A DNA stretch of 64,000 bases from Alphaproteobacteria bacterium (GTDB lineage: Bacteria; Pseudomonadota; Alphaproteobacteria; UBA828): contig CBDCRW010000004.1 of assembly GCA_965221125.1 (NCBI GenBank), forward strand, positions 928,001 to 992,000. The letters are read 5' to 3'. This document shows positions 21,792-31,529 of the stretch, one piece after another. Under the pieces are notes generated by a model that saw only the letters and a list, made by a program, of their open reading frames with translations, made no database searches and was not told where the DNA came from. The position numbers and the translations under genes are program-made. Each line of letters begins with the position of its first letter. Positions within the stretch are counted from its first letter, which is position 1.

Positions 21792-22351
21792 ACCTGGAGT
21801 TCCTTCTCGGCAGTGAGGCCTCAAAGCGTTGCCAGACTCGCCGTGATCGAGAACCGGCAGCCAATCGATCCAGCCGATATTCTGAGGCGTCCGCGGGAAA
21901 CCGGCAATGTCATCCCCACGCACCCAATCTTCTTGCTGGCATTGTGCGGAGCTTGCGCGGGCTCGACGGCTGGATCTCGCGGACACGGATGTCCTTTCGG
22001 TTCCCGAGATCCCCATGCGGTACTCGCCATCCGCCGCGAGCAACGGCGAGTAGCCGTGATGCCCTTCAACCTGATCCGCGTTCGCTACCCCGATGTTGTT
22101 CGCGCTCTTGCTGGGTCACCAATCAGACGCGGACGTCGGGTGCCATCGGTAAGACGCGGGCCGCTCAGGCCCTCGGAGAGGCGGTGCACGTGCCGAGGCC
22201 CAAGCAGCAGCGAATGGATCGCCACTCGATGCGGGACCGGCGAACCGCCAGCCCTCTTCCGCTGCGAAGATCCTCCCCCGCCACATCGCGGCACCCTCGC
22301 TTTTCCGATAACCTTCCCCGGCGAGCGATCCGGGCGCGGGAGGCGGGGGCC

Positions 22352-22741
22352 ATGAACGAAAGTGAGCGACAGACCTTGTCGATCGTGGCCAAGCTGATGG
22401 CCCTGACCTGCGTCCGCAACACCAAGCTCGAGGACATCCACGCCGGCATCGTCCCGGTCACCCGCACCGGCGACTACTCCGACGTGACGGTCGTCGACGC
22501 CGACGGGCAGCAGATACCGTGGCCGCGCGTGTCCCATTTCGACGACGATGCGATGCGCGATCTCATGCGGCAAGTTGTCGACCGCCTCTACACGTTCCAT
22601 GCGAAGATCGACGATCCGCGCTTTCGGTCCATGCTGGAGTTCTGGCGCTCCTCCGTCCGGACGTGGGATGAGCCGAAGCTGGACGCCGACCTGATGGTGG
22701 CTCTCAAGCCTCTCGGAAAAGTGGACGGCGATGAAGGTTGA
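22352..22741 (+). CDS. hypothetical protein (129 aa)
   Basis: GGAGG RBS; MALTCVRNTKLEDIHAG...DDDAMRDLMRQVVDRLYTF...WDEP; good codon bias. Confidence 0.7.
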   Translation: MNESERQTLSIVAKLMALTCVRNTKLEDIHAGIVPVTRTGDYSDVTVVDADGQQIPWPRVSHFDDDAMRDLMRQVVDRLYTFHAKIDDPRFRSMLEFWRSSVRTWDEPKLDADLMVALKPLGKVDGDEG

Positions 22742-23015
22742 CGCGACTCACGACGCTGCCCCAGCCAACGCCTGGCACTCCGGTGCGATGACTCCCGCCC
22801 TGCGCCCGCTCGGTGGACCGACCCGTCGCTTCACCGCTGGTCGGTTGGGTTGCGCTACGTCAGTTCAGGGCGAGAAGCGGATCAGCAATCCAATGTTCCC
22901 GGCCGATAGTTCGCGTCCCTTCGCAAACTCGGGGTCGAACGATATTGCCAATTCCCATCCCGTGCAGGCGCCCCGCAAATGATCGCGGGCACGGTCATTC
23001 AACTTCCGCGGTCTC

Positions 23016-24965
23016 CTACATTCTCATGTGTCCGGGAAGGTGGCCGATCACGACCTGCCGTGTCGTCTCGTCCCAGGTGAAGTACACGCGAAGGCAGTGT
23101 CTTGGATCGCGCGTCCTCGTGTTGTTCTTCAGGTGGCGGTCCAGCATGAGCCTGCGGCCGTCCCACTCCATCGAGAAATCGTCGCGCGCCTTGCCCTGCC
23201 GGTCCCTGCCGATGCTCTTCGTTTCCTGCAGCCGCAGCTCGCGTAGTTCGTCCTCGAAGGCATTGCGCAGCGCCTTGCCGCCGCCACCGCTCTTCATCCG
23301 CCAGTAACTTCCTGCCAGCACCTCGACCGCCCTGCCGACCAAGCCCACGTCCTCGAACCCCGCACTCTTGAGCGCCCTGAGCGCGCGTCCGGCGAGCACC
23401 ACGCGCCCCTCAAAATGCCGCTCCGCCCAGGCCGGAAGATCGGCATAGCTCTCAAGCGCAGGCACGGTCTCGCCTTCCGCCGGGGAGGGAGTCCCTGCGC
23501 CATCCACGGCGGCGAGCCGCCGCTGCAGCCGGTGCCTCTCGCGCCGCAGCCCGTCGTTTTTCTCCCCGGCGTCGGCGAGAGCCTGCTCCAGGACGGAAAT
23601 CCGCTCCTCCGACGTCCGGTTCGCAGCCTTCAGCTCGGCGATCTCGGCGCGCAGCGCGCGCTCCCGATCACGCGTCCTGCCGCCGAACGCCTCCCGGCCG
23701 TCCAAGTCCTCCTCTTCCGCTCCCTTGCCGTCCGCCAGGGAGCCAAAGCGCTGAACGAGATCTCCGAGACAGGCGGCAACCTCTCCCAGCGCCTTCTTCG
23801 CCGGCTCCAGCGAGCGGGGGTTCTCGCGCTCGGCCGCTGCCGCCGCGTGAAGCGCCTCGAGATTCTCCGTGCTGGGGTTCTCCGCGTAGCGTCCGGACGC
23901 CTCCCGCAGGGCAAGCTCGTGCGAGCCCGGCTCGACGATCGCGCTGCGGAAGCGTTCCGCCTGCTCCCGGCACATCTCCCACTCGGGATCGGGGATGCAG
24001 CGCGGCAGGGCGGTGTCCAGCAACAGCGCTTGGATTTGCCCCGTCAGCGCATCCGCCTCCCCGGCAGGCGCCGTTTGCCCCGCCGCCTCGGCGGCTCCCT
24101 TCAGCAGCGTGCGCAGGGCCACGTGGCGGCTGCGGGCAAGAGCCTCGTTGCGCACGGTCTCGATCTCGTCGAGCTCGTCCGCGAGAGCCGCAAACCCAAG
24201 GACCATGTACGACAGAAGATTCGCCGAGGGCCGATCGTCGTCATGCTCGACGACATACGTCTTCAGCCGGCCGTAGGCATCGGCCATGTCCTTGCGCAGC
24301 AAGGCGCATTCTGCGTCGGCACGCGCGGCCAGCCTCTCCAGATGCGGCCCGCCCGCCTCGCGGGCCAGACGATCCACCAGATCGTCGCGCCCACCGAGTC
24401 CCCGGAATCGGCTGCGATGGACCGCGTGCCCCACCAGGCGCTCGATCTCGGGCTCATCCAGCCATGACGACATCATGTAGGCGGATTCGGGACCTCCGGA
24501 ACACCACAGAACCCAGACCGATTGTGCCACCAGGACACGCTCACCCTCCTCCCAGAGCGCCTCCAGGTGGTCGAGAATGAAATCCTCGGGGCCACCCGGC
24601 GCGGCGGGCCGCAGCGCCAGCGCCCGCTGCGCGGCGGACTTGAGAATAAGCCGGCCGAGCTGCTTCTTGCGTCCCTTCACCCGGCCGAACAGTTCGAGGA
24701 TCCGCTCCTCGAACAGCCACAGAAACCACGCCCAACGCTGCGCGAGGGTGTGAACGGCGCGCCAGAACGCCGCGTCGTCGCTGCCGTCCACCGCCGCCGG
24801 CCAGTCCGAATACTCCTCCGCCATCGCCGACGCCAGCTTCCGCAGGTCGGCCCGCATCAGGTGGTGGTTCTCCTTAAGCCACTCCGGCGTCGCGAACTCC
24901 GGAAGCATCCCCGGCAGCAGACCGTCTTCCGCGGCTGCCTCCGGCACGCAAGCAATGGGTTGCAC
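23016..24965 (-). CDS. coiled-coil protein with C-terminal RelE-like domain (inferred)
   Basis: Long helical/coiled-coil body ending HLKNNTRTRDPRHCLRVYFTWDETTRQVVIGHLPGHM. Start uncertain (GTG 24965 or ATG 24908). Confidence 0.65.
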   Translation of the reverse strand: MQPIACVPEAAAEDGLLPGMLPEFATPEWLKENHHLMRADLRKLASAMAEEYSDWPAAVDGSDDAAFWRAVHTLAQRWAWFLWLFEERILELFGRVKGRKKQLGRLILKSAAQRALALRPAAPGGPEDFILDHLEALWEEGERVLVAQSVWVLWCSGGPESAYMMSSWLDEPEIERLVGHAVHRSRFRGLGGRDDLVDRLAREAGGPHLERLAARADAECALLRKDMADAYGRLKTYVVEHDDDRPSANLLSYMVLGFAALADELDEIETVRNEALARSRHVALRTLLKGAAEAAGQTAPAGEADALTGQIQALLLDTALPRCIPDPEWEMCREQAERFRSAIVEPGSHELALREASGRYAENPSTENLEALHAAAAAERENPRSLEPAKKALGEVAACLGDLVQRFGSLADGKGAEEEDLDGREAFGGRTRDRERALRAEIAELKAANRTSEERISVLEQALADAGEKNDGLRRERHRLQRRLAAVDGAGTPSPAEGETVPALESYADLPAWAERHFEGRVVLAGRALRALKSAGFEDVGLVGRAVEVLAGSYWRMKSGGGGKALRNAFEDELRELRLQETKSIGRDRQGKARDDFSMEWDGRRLMLDRHLKNNTRTRDPRHCLRVYFTWDETTRQVVIGHLPGHMRM

Positions 24966-25368
24966 CAGGATCGACCCTTTCTTCCGTTCGAGACCGCCGT
25001 CGCCCGCCGGCGCGCCTGCGTTGCTCGATGCGGACCGACGACGGTGAAACCATTCCGCGTCAGGATGGGAAGATTCCCGACTGCGTTCAAGCCCGGGAGC
25101 ACGACCTCGCCGGGCCGTCAACGCCGTTCGTGACACCCCGCAAGCCCGACTGGCTCGCAACCATTGCCTCCTCCGCGTCGGCTGCCTCGCCGGCGGCACC
25201 CCTCTCGTGCACACCGCGCCGCAGCGCGCCTGATCGCCCTTCGCCACTCTCATCGCGTACTTTCATGCACCTGCCGCCATTTCCCGAAGGGTCAGAGGGC
25301 CGCCCGTTGGAAGTGTGGCTCGGCTCCCAGAGGAGTCGACGCCCTCTTCCTGCCATCCGGAGGCGCCC

Positions 25369-26394
25369 ATGCCCGATCCCGACACCATCTCCGCCGACTA
25401 CACGCTGCGCCCCAGCGAGTTCGCCGCCACCCTCAAGATCCTGGTCGAGGCCAGGCAGCCGGTCATGGTCTGGGGTGGGCCCGGGTGCGGCAAGAGCGAG
25501 GTGGCGCAGCAGGTCGCCGCCGAGGGCGGCCGCACCTACTACGACGTGCGCGCCCTGCTGCTCGATCCCGTCGACCTGCGCGGCATCCCCTGGCGCGACG
25601 GGGACAACCGTACCCGCTGGGCGCCCCCCGACTTTCTCCCGCCCAGCGCCAGCACCGACCTCTATCTCGTCAATCTGGAGGAGCTTCCCTCCGGCGTTCC
25701 GATGGTGCAGGCGGCGCTGTTCCAGCTCGTCCGCGACCGCAAGTGCGGCGAGTACGAGCTCCCCGAAGGCGCCTCGCTCATGGCCTGCGGCAACCGCGAG
25801 GGCGACCGCGGCGTCACTCACCGCATGCCGGCGCCTTTGGCCTCGCGCTTCGTCCACCTCGAGATCAAGGTCGATCCGTCGGACTGGTTGGAATGGGGAG
25901 CGGCGCACGGAATCGCGCCCGAGACCCTCTTCTTCATCCAGCTCAGGCCGGAGCTTCTGAATGTGTTCGATCCCCAGTCGCGCGAGGCGGCTTTCGCGTG
26001 TCCCCGCACGTGGGAGTTCGTCTCAAACGTCGTGAACCAGCGCGGCAGCCTCGACCCGGCCGCAGAGCGCGCGCTGTTCCGGGGTGCCGTCGGCGAAGCC
26101 GCGGCGGTCGAGTTCTCGGCCTTCCTCAAGGTCTGGCGGGAGCTGCCCCACCCGAGGGCCGTCATCGACGATCCCGAAAACGCGGATGTGCCCGAGAACG
26201 CGAGCGCGCTGATCGCCCTCTGCGGCTCGCTCTACCGCATGGCCGACGACGTCAATCTCGGCTCCATCGTCTCTTACGCGATGAGGCTCAGGCGCGAGGT
26301 GGGCGAGTTCCTCGTCGGCTCATGCGTGCGCCGCGAGCCCGCCCTCCAGCACACCGACGCGTTCATCCGCTGGGCCGCGGCCCGGACCCAGTGA
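25369..26394 (+). CDS. MoxR/CobS-like AAA+ ATPase
   Basis: Walker A WGGPGCGKS, Walker B-like VNLEEL, ACGN, PLASRF, CPRTW. Confidence 0.9.
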   Translation: MPDPDTISADYTLRPSEFAATLKILVEARQPVMVWGGPGCGKSEVAQQVAAEGGRTYYDVRALLLDPVDLRGIPWRDGDNRTRWAPPDFLPPSASTDLYLVNLEELPSGVPMVQAALFQLVRDRKCGEYELPEGASLMACGNREGDRGVTHRMPAPLASRFVHLEIKVDPSDWLEWGAAHGIAPETLFFIQLRPELLNVFDPQSREAAFACPRTWEFVSNVVNQRGSLDPAAERALFRGAVGEAAAVEFSAFLKVWRELPHPRAVIDDPENADVPENASALIALCGSLYRMADDVNLGSIVSYAMRLRREVGEFLVGSCVRREPALQHTDAFIRWAAARTQ

Positions 26395-26421
26395 ACCCCA
26401 GCCCATCGGGAGACCCCGACC

Positions 26422-27318
26422 ATGAACCTCACCCACGACGCCATGCTGGTCAGTCTGCGCATCACCGCCTGGTCCGGCCGGCTCTACGACCGCCAGGCGA
26501 GCAACCACGTCGCCGCCCAGCACGACGCGGCCGCCAGCGCCGGCAGATACAACAAGCGCCTGCTGCCCAAGGCCGCCTTCGCCGCGCTCACCGCGACCGT
26601 GAGCGAGGCACGCAGTTCACATTACGCCAACTCGCTTCCCTGGGACGACCAGGGCTCGCGGCTGCTCACCGTATCCAACTACGAGGCCTATACCGAGCTC
26701 ATGGACGGGTTGCGCGAGCGCATGGTGCGCGAACGCGCCCGCTTCATCGAGGACTACGACGACAACATCGACCGGGCCCGGCTCGACCTCGGCAAGCTCT
26801 TCCGCATCGGGGACTACCCCTCCAAGGAGGCACTGCAGGGCAAGTTCGGCATCCGCTACCGCATCGTGCCGGTTCCCGACGCCGACCACTTCATGGCGAA
26901 GCTCGCGTCCGACGACACCGAGCGGGTCAAGCGCGGCATCGAGCGCGAGATCGAGGAGCGCCTGCACGATGCCGTGGGCGATCTCTACCGGCGCCTCGGC
27001 GAGGCGGTCGAGCGTGTCTCCGAGCGTCTCACCGAGGACGGCGAGGGCAAGCCTCTGGTCTTCCGCGACACGATGATCTCCAACGTCCGGGACCTGGTCG
27101 ACGTCGTGCCCCGCCTCAACATTTTTGGGGACGACCGGCTCGCGCAGCTCTGCCAGGAGGTGCAGGACAGGATCGCTCACGCCGATCCCGCCACGCTCAG
27201 GCCGTCGCCGAACTTCAACCCCAACGTGCGGCGCCAGGTGAAGCGCGATGCCGATGCGCTGGTGGAGAAGTTCGCGGGGTACTTCGGTACCCCTGCCGTT
27301 GACCGGGAGGCCGCCTGA
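26422..27318 (+). CDS. DUF3150-like protein
   Basis: MLVSLRITAWSG, YNKRLL, LPWDDQGSRLL, LF...DYPS, FRDTMISN pattern; lies between AAA and VWA genes. Confidence 0.6.
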   Translation: MNLTHDAMLVSLRITAWSGRLYDRQASNHVAAQHDAAASAGRYNKRLLPKAAFAALTATVSEARSSHYANSLPWDDQGSRLLTVSNYEAYTELMDGLRERMVRERARFIEDYDDNIDRARLDLGKLFRIGDYPSKEALQGKFGIRYRIVPVPDADHFMAKLASDDTERVKRGIEREIEERLHDAVGDLYRRLGEAVERVSERLTEDGEGKPLVFRDTMISNVRDLVDVVPRLNIFGDDRLAQLCQEVQDRIAHADPATLRPSPNFNPNVRRQVKRDADALVEKFAGYFGTPAVDREAA

Positions 27319-28718
27319 TGGCCGCCCGCGCCCGCAAGGAGTCCGCGCGCCGCGTCAGCGACTGCGTGACGGCGCTGCTGCGCGACCAGCCCTTCTTCGG
27401 CAGCCTCGCGCTGCGGCTGCCGATCCGTCCCGACGCGGCGCGCGAGACGCTGGCGAGCGACGGGCGCGAGATCCGCTATTCCCCCGACTGGGTAGCGAAC
27501 ACCGACGCCGATCTCATCAAGACCGCGATCGGCCGCGTGGTGCTGGCCTGCGCGCTCAAGCACCACACGCGCCGGGCCGAGCGCGATCCCGGGCGCTGGC
27601 AGCAGGCCTCGCAGCTCGTCACCCACGGGCTCTTGCGCGACGCGGGCTTCAAGCTCCCGCCGGACGCCGAAGCCTGGGACGGGATCAGCGTAGAGCAGGC
27701 CTACGATCGGCTGCCCGAGCCGCAGGAGGACGGTGGGGAAGGGAGCGACGGCCCGCCATCGGCCGGCGACGGCGGCGGCGCAGCCGGTCCGCGACCCAAC
27801 GCGGACGATGACGACCGCGGCGGCGACGACGATGACAGCGAACCGCAGCAGCAGGAGCCTCAGGACGAGGACGGCCGCGCCGACGATGGCACTGACAACC
27901 AGGACGATTCCGCCGATGGCGCGGACCCGCAGCCCCGAGACGACTCCTCCGGCGACGGCGACTCCGGCACGCCGCCGAGCTGCGATCCGTCCGGCACCGG
28001 AGAGGTGATTGACGCACCGGCCGGCAGCCACGACGAGGCCCGCGCCGGCCAGGCCGCGCCCGACGTTTCCGCCGAGGAGCAGGCCTGGGACGAGGCGATG
28101 CACCAGGCCCTCAACCTCGCCAAGGCCCAGGGCAAGGCGCCGGGCGCGGTGGAGGAGACTATTCAGAGCGCCCACCGCAGCACCCTCGACTGGCGCTCGC
28201 TGCTGCGGCGCTACATGACCGACGCGGCAGCCCGCGACTATTCCTGGAGCGTCCCCAACCGCCGCTTCATCGACTCAGGCCTCTATCTCCCCTCGATCCG
28301 CTCCGAGGGGATGGGCACGCTCGCCGTCATCATCGACACCTCGGGCTCCGTGGACAGCGACGCCCTCGCCGCGTTCTGGTCGGAGGTGCGCGAGGTCGCG
28401 GCCGAGATCGAGCCCGAGCGCATCGTGGTGCTGCAGGTCGATGCCGCCGTGCAGGACGAGGAGCACTACGCGCCGGGCGAGCTGCCCGAGCGCATCGTCG
28501 TCAAGGGGCGGTGGGGCACCGACTTCCGGCCGGGCTTCGAGCGCCTCTCGGAGCAGGGAATCCGGCCGGCCGTGTGCCTCTATTTCACGGACATGGATTG
28601 CGACCGCTACCCCGATGCAGAGCCCAGCTATGACGTGCTCTGGTGCGACTGGAGCGAAGGCGTCGGCCTCTGGTGCCAGCCGCCGCCCTGGGGCGAGCAC
28701 ATCAGGATCAGGGACTGA
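27318..28718 (+). CDS. DUF2201 family protein (peptidase-like N-domain + VWA)
   Basis: QPFFGSLAL, SDG, acidic linker, MIDAS IDTSGS, GTDF, YFTD motifs. Confidence 0.85.
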   Translation: MAARARKESARRVSDCVTALLRDQPFFGSLALRLPIRPDAARETLASDGREIRYSPDWVANTDADLIKTAIGRVVLACALKHHTRRAERDPGRWQQASQLVTHGLLRDAGFKLPPDAEAWDGISVEQAYDRLPEPQEDGGEGSDGPPSAGDGGGAAGPRPNADDDDRGGDDDDSEPQQQEPQDEDGRADDGTDNQDDSADGADPQPRDDSSGDGDSGTPPSCDPSGTGEVIDAPAGSHDEARAGQAAPDVSAEEQAWDEAMHQALNLAKAQGKAPGAVEETIQSAHRSTLDWRSLLRRYMTDAAARDYSWSVPNRRFIDSGLYLPSIRSEGMGTLAVIIDTSGSVDSDALAAFWSEVREVAAEIEPERIVVLQVDAAVQDEEHYAPGELPERIVVKGRWGTDFRPGFERLSEQGIRPAVCLYFTDMDCDRYPDAEPSYDVLWCDWSEGVGLWCQPPPWGEHIRIRD

Positions 28719-28785
28719 CCCTCAGCAGTGGGGCGGCATGTCCGCCCTACCAACGAGCGCCAGTCCGAAACCGAAGGATCACGCC

Positions 28786-29172
28786 ATGATGCCCACGGCC
28801 ACCTGCCAGTATTGCGGCTGGAACGGGCCGGCAGACCAATGCGGCCCGCTCAAGAACGCCTGGGAGCGCCTCCAACCGGGAGACACGGTGCCGGCCGGCG
28901 AATGCCCGAAGTGCAATGCCTCCGCGATGCTCGACGAGACGAGGCAAGAACCCAGCGCCACGATCGTCACCACGCTGGTGCCGGAGCGCGCCACGAAGTT
29001 CGGCGTCCACTCGACCGCGCTGGCCCTCGCCGACGTCATGTGGCTTGCCGCCAACAGGTACAGCTACCGCGTGGAGGACCTCGGGTCATCCGGCTTCCGG
29101 GTCGCGGTCTACCGCGAGACACCGAAGCGCGAGACCGTCCCGCGCGGGTACCTGCGCATCGAGACCGCGTGA
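28786..29172 (+). CDS. Zn-ribbon domain protein (paralogue A)
   Basis: CQYCGW...W-x-R-x-x-PGD-x-x-PAGECPKC. Confidence 0.65.
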   Translation: MMPTATCQYCGWNGPADQCGPLKNAWERLQPGDTVPAGECPKCNASAMLDETRQEPSATIVTTLVPERATKFGVHSTALALADVMWLAANRYSYRVEDLGSSGFRVAVYRETPKRETVPRGYLRIETA

Positions 29173-29188
29173 GCACAGCGGCGCCCTC

Positions 29189-29293
29189 GGGGCGTGAGGC
29201 TCTGGAGAAATTGCGAACGCGCGTCTTGCGCGGGAGTACCCGGAGTCAGCTGGAGGGGACAACCTCGCGGGTTCGAATCCCGCCCGCCCCACC
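29189..29293 (+). ncRNA. tRNA-like structured element
   Basis: GGGGCG/CGCCCC acceptor-like stem, canonical T-arm GCGGG-TTCGAAT-CCCGC, then A-CC. Core is not a standard cloverleaf. Confidence 0.5.
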
Positions 29294-29322
29294 GTCACCC
29301 CCGCACTACGAGGACCGAAACC

Positions 29323-29829
29323 ATGACCAAGGTAGAGACCGCCACTTGCCAGGACTGCGGCTGGCAGGGTCCGGTGGAAGAGACGAAAGAGTTCCGCAAC
29401 GTCTGGGACCGTGTTCTGCCGGGCGACGTCATGCCGGCCGGCGAGTGCCCCGAGGAAGGCTGCGGCGGCGCGGCAATGCTGGATACGGATCGCGGAGGCG
29501 CGAACGATCTCCGTCCCCGGATGGTCGCGCTCATGCTCGGTCTCGACCGGCTGCGCGACGACCTCCGCAACGGCGTGCCGCGCTCTCCGATATCCTTCCA
29601 CCTCAAGGAGCTTGCCGACTACGCCCGCAGGGCGCTGGCGGCAGGGCCCCCTGTTCGCCCCGTCTGCAATGCCTGCGGCGGCACGAACGTCCGGGTGGAC
29701 GCCTGGGCGCGCTGGGACACTCACTGGCAGCGCTGGGAGCTGCACTCCACCTGCGAGGCGGTCGCCATCTGCGCGGATTGCGACCTCGAGTGCAGCTACA
29801 CGATGAAGCCCGTCACGGAGCCGGCGTGA
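29323..29829 (+). CDS. Zn-ribbon domain protein (paralogue B) with a second C-terminal Zn ribbon
   Basis: CQDCGW...WDRVLPGDVMPAGECPEEGC; C-terminal CNACGG...CADC. Confidence 0.7.
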   Translation: MTKVETATCQDCGWQGPVEETKEFRNVWDRVLPGDVMPAGECPEEGCGGAAMLDTDRGGANDLRPRMVALMLGLDRLRDDLRNGVPRSPISFHLKELADYARRALAAGPPVRPVCNACGGTNVRVDAWARWDTHWQRWELHSTCEAVAICADCDLECSYTMKPVTEPA

Positions 29830-30167
29830 TGCAGGAGAGAAGCGCGTTCGATTTCGGCGGCAACCGGATCGTCCGCCAGTCGGAGCCGATGAAGATCGGC
29901 AAGCACGAATGGCGGCTCACCCTCTACCGCTCTCCGCATCACGAGCACCCGCTGATCGGCTACGAATGGCGCCGCGCCGACGGCGCGCACATCCGCCGCA
30001 CGTGCCCCGGCGGCGCCTACTGGCTCGACGGCTCCATCTGGATGCGCGACCGGGACTGGCCTTCCTACAACCACAACGACGGGGAGTGGGGCGGCATGCC
30101 GCGCACCCTGCGCAAGCTCTGGGAAAACTGCCCCTGGGCTCACACGCGCGAGGCGCGCCCCGCCTGA
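29829..30167 (+). CDS. hypothetical Trp-rich protein (112 aa)
   Basis: TGATG coupling to the upstream gene; MQERSAFDFGG...YNHNDGEWGGMPRTLRKLW. Confidence 0.6.
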   Translation: MQERSAFDFGGNRIVRQSEPMKIGKHEWRLTLYRSPHHEHPLIGYEWRRADGAHIRRTCPGGAYWLDGSIWMRDRDWPSYNHNDGEWGGMPRTLRKLWENCPWAHTREARPA

Positions 30168-30354
30168 CCCTCGCATCCCGTCCGCGCCGCTAACCCGCCG
30201 CCTGCAGCACGGCCCGGCCTCCCGCCGCCGGGAGGTCCGGGCAGCCCCGCGCGGGCCGGCCGGCCGGGGCCTGGAGGGGGCAATCCCTCCCCGTCCCACC
30301 GGGCCGCACTGCCGCCCTGACGCGCCCCCTGCGCGAGCCACGGAGGAACACCGC

Positions 30355-31110
30355 ATGATGCCTTCGACCGAGACGCTCGGCCGCCACACCGTCCTTGCGG
30401 CCATTCTCGTCACCGCCCGCGCGATCGTCGCCGATCCCGCGCGCTGGTGCCACTACCACCACGCCAAGGACGCCAACGGTCACACCTGCGAAGGACGTTC
30501 GGACCGCGCCGCCGCCTGGGGCGCCGTCGGCGCCCTCGACCGCGCGGCCGCTGACGCCGGCGCGGCGCACGTCAACTTCCTCGACGCCCAGCAGCACCTG
30601 AAGGACGCGTCCGTCATCGCCGGGCGCAAGTGGACCGGCACACCCTGGCTCCTCAGCACCGAGGCCGCGCACGCCATGACCGTGGCGTGTTTCGACGAAG
30701 CGCTCGACATCCTGCGCAAGCCGCCCGCTCCCGGCCCGCTCCACGCCCTCGCCGTGGCCCGCACCCTGATCGCCCGGCCCGAGCGCTGGGCGCAGGGCGC
30801 CATCGCCCTCGACCGGCGCGGCCGCGCCCTCGTCACCTTCGACGGCGGCTGCCGCTTCTGCGCCGCCGGCGCGCTCGGCCTTGCCAGCCACGTGCTGACC
30901 GAGCGGCCCCTGGACGGCAAGCTCACCGGGTCCCCCTTCGACCAGGCCGAGCGCCTGCTCGACTCCGCCGCCTACAAGCTCGGCGAGTACCCGAGCTACA
31001 TCGGCCTCAACGAGCACGACAGCCACGCCAAGGTCGTCGCCATGTTCGACCACGCCCTCGACATGGCGCGCGCGGACTCCGCCCCAGACAAGGAGGCAAG
31101 CCGGCCATGA
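30355..31110 (+). CDS. DUF6197-like protein, two tandem domains
   Basis: Twice: AR-x-(L/I)-(I/V)-A-x-P-x-RW...GA(L/V)...H...FD-x-AL. Confidence 0.6.
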   Translation: MMPSTETLGRHTVLAAILVTARAIVADPARWCHYHHAKDANGHTCEGRSDRAAAWGAVGALDRAAADAGAAHVNFLDAQQHLKDASVIAGRKWTGTPWLLSTEAAHAMTVACFDEALDILRKPPAPGPLHALAVARTLIARPERWAQGAIALDRRGRALVTFDGGCRFCAAGALGLASHVLTERPLDGKLTGSPFDQAERLLDSAAYKLGEYPSYIGLNEHDSHAKVVAMFDHALDMARADSAPDKEASRP

Positions 31111-31529
31111 CCGCCACCGCCCCCTCTCCGCGCGACCTCCTCGTCGAGGCCCGCACGCTCATCGCCCACCCCGAGGCCTGGACCCAGGGTGCCGCCGCGC
31201 GCGATGCCGAGGGCGAGACCGTCGGCGTCGAGCACGAGGACGCCGTCTCTTGGTGCGCCACCGGCGCGATCAACTGCGCCATGTACCGCCATGCTGATTC
31301 CCTGGACGTCCCGCCGCCGCTGCAGCAGGCCCGCAACCAGGCCGAGACCATCCTCACCAAGACCGTGCGGGCGCTCACCCTCGGCCACTACACGGAGGCC
31401 ACGACCTACAACGATCAGACCAATCACGGCTGCGTCGTCCATGCCTTCGACATCGCGATCGCCGACGCCGACAGGCTTAGCGACAAGCACTCCAGCAGCC
31501 GCGCCAGTGGCACGGAGCGCGCACGATGA
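31107..31529 (+). CDS. DUF6197-like protein, single domain
   Basis: ARTLIAHPEAWTQGAAARD...WCATGAI...YND...HGCVVHAFDIAI; ATGA-coupled. Confidence 0.65.
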   Translation: MTATAPSPRDLLVEARTLIAHPEAWTQGAAARDAEGETVGVEHEDAVSWCATGAINCAMYRHADSLDVPPPLQQARNQAETILTKTVRALTLGHYTEATTYNDQTNHGCVVHAFDIAIADADRLSDKHSSSRASGTERAR

